DNA of 25,444 nucleotides from a virus: IMG/VR virus record IMGVR_UViG_3300047550_006186; one strand, 5' to 3'. Shown piece by piece: positions 25,310 to 25,444 of this stretch (position 1 is its first letter; each line of letters starts with the position of its first letter). The notes under the pieces were generated by a model. It saw only the letters and a program-made list of their open reading frames with translations, ran no database searches and was not told where the DNA came from. The position numbers and the translations under genes were made by a program.

Positions 25310-25346
25310 GTGCTGCTGGGGTCAGCCTTGGCAGCACTCTTTTTTT
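25310..25346 (+). terminator. Rho-independent terminator closing the curli-like operon
   Basis: GTGCTGC(TGGGGTCAGCCTTG)GCAGCAC followed by TCTTTTTTTCT. Confidence 0.6.
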
Positions 25347-25444
25347 CTGGCATCTTTCCATCCAAGGGTTTGCTGACTTTTTCCGGCACTTGATCTACTT
25401 TGGCCAAATCTGAATACAAAGTTGGCTCGTTGGTGTTTTGTTTG

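Noticed and set aside
1-25444. tRNA, tmRNA, RNase P or rRNA genes
   Set aside because: No GGTTCGAATCC-type T-loop or other hallmark found on either strand by eye. None called.

Overview
This looks like a low-GC (~42%), gene-dense bacterial chromosomal segment. Sigma70-type promoters, Shine-Dalgarno sites and ATGA/TAATG start-stop overlaps between neighbouring genes are visible throughout. Conserved housekeeping genes include purM-pyrG-purN (translationally coupled), a QueD/PTPS-like gene, a dCMP-deaminase-like gene, clpX, infC, rpsU, ibpA (Hsp20), clpS and dut. Interspersed among them are: (i) one intact TnpB-only IS200/IS605-family element (6311-7601) with catalytic D/E/D residues and a zinc finger, plus at least seven dispersed copies or relics of its left-end (LE) and right-end (RE) palindromic hairpins. 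These include a ~90-bp LE-RE mini-element, a perfect 36-bp palindrome, and two tnpB-less copies of the tnpB-3'/RE omegaRNA-like scaffold, one of which has its own promoter and terminator. (ii) A six-gene, translationally coupled curli-type (T8SS) operon at 19011-25302. Its order is csgF, csgG, a curlin-repeat protein, a FecR-domain periplasmic protein, a PA14::curlin-repeat fusion protein, and a CHASE2 class-III nucleotidyl cyclase. This is the most unusual system in the window: an amyloid-secretion module hard-wired to a cNMP signalling pair and carrying a lectin-like PA14 fused to the amyloid subunit. Several hypothetical proteins have no recognisable domains, including two that are coupled to clpX where clpP would normally sit. 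No tRNA, rRNA or CRISPR array was found.
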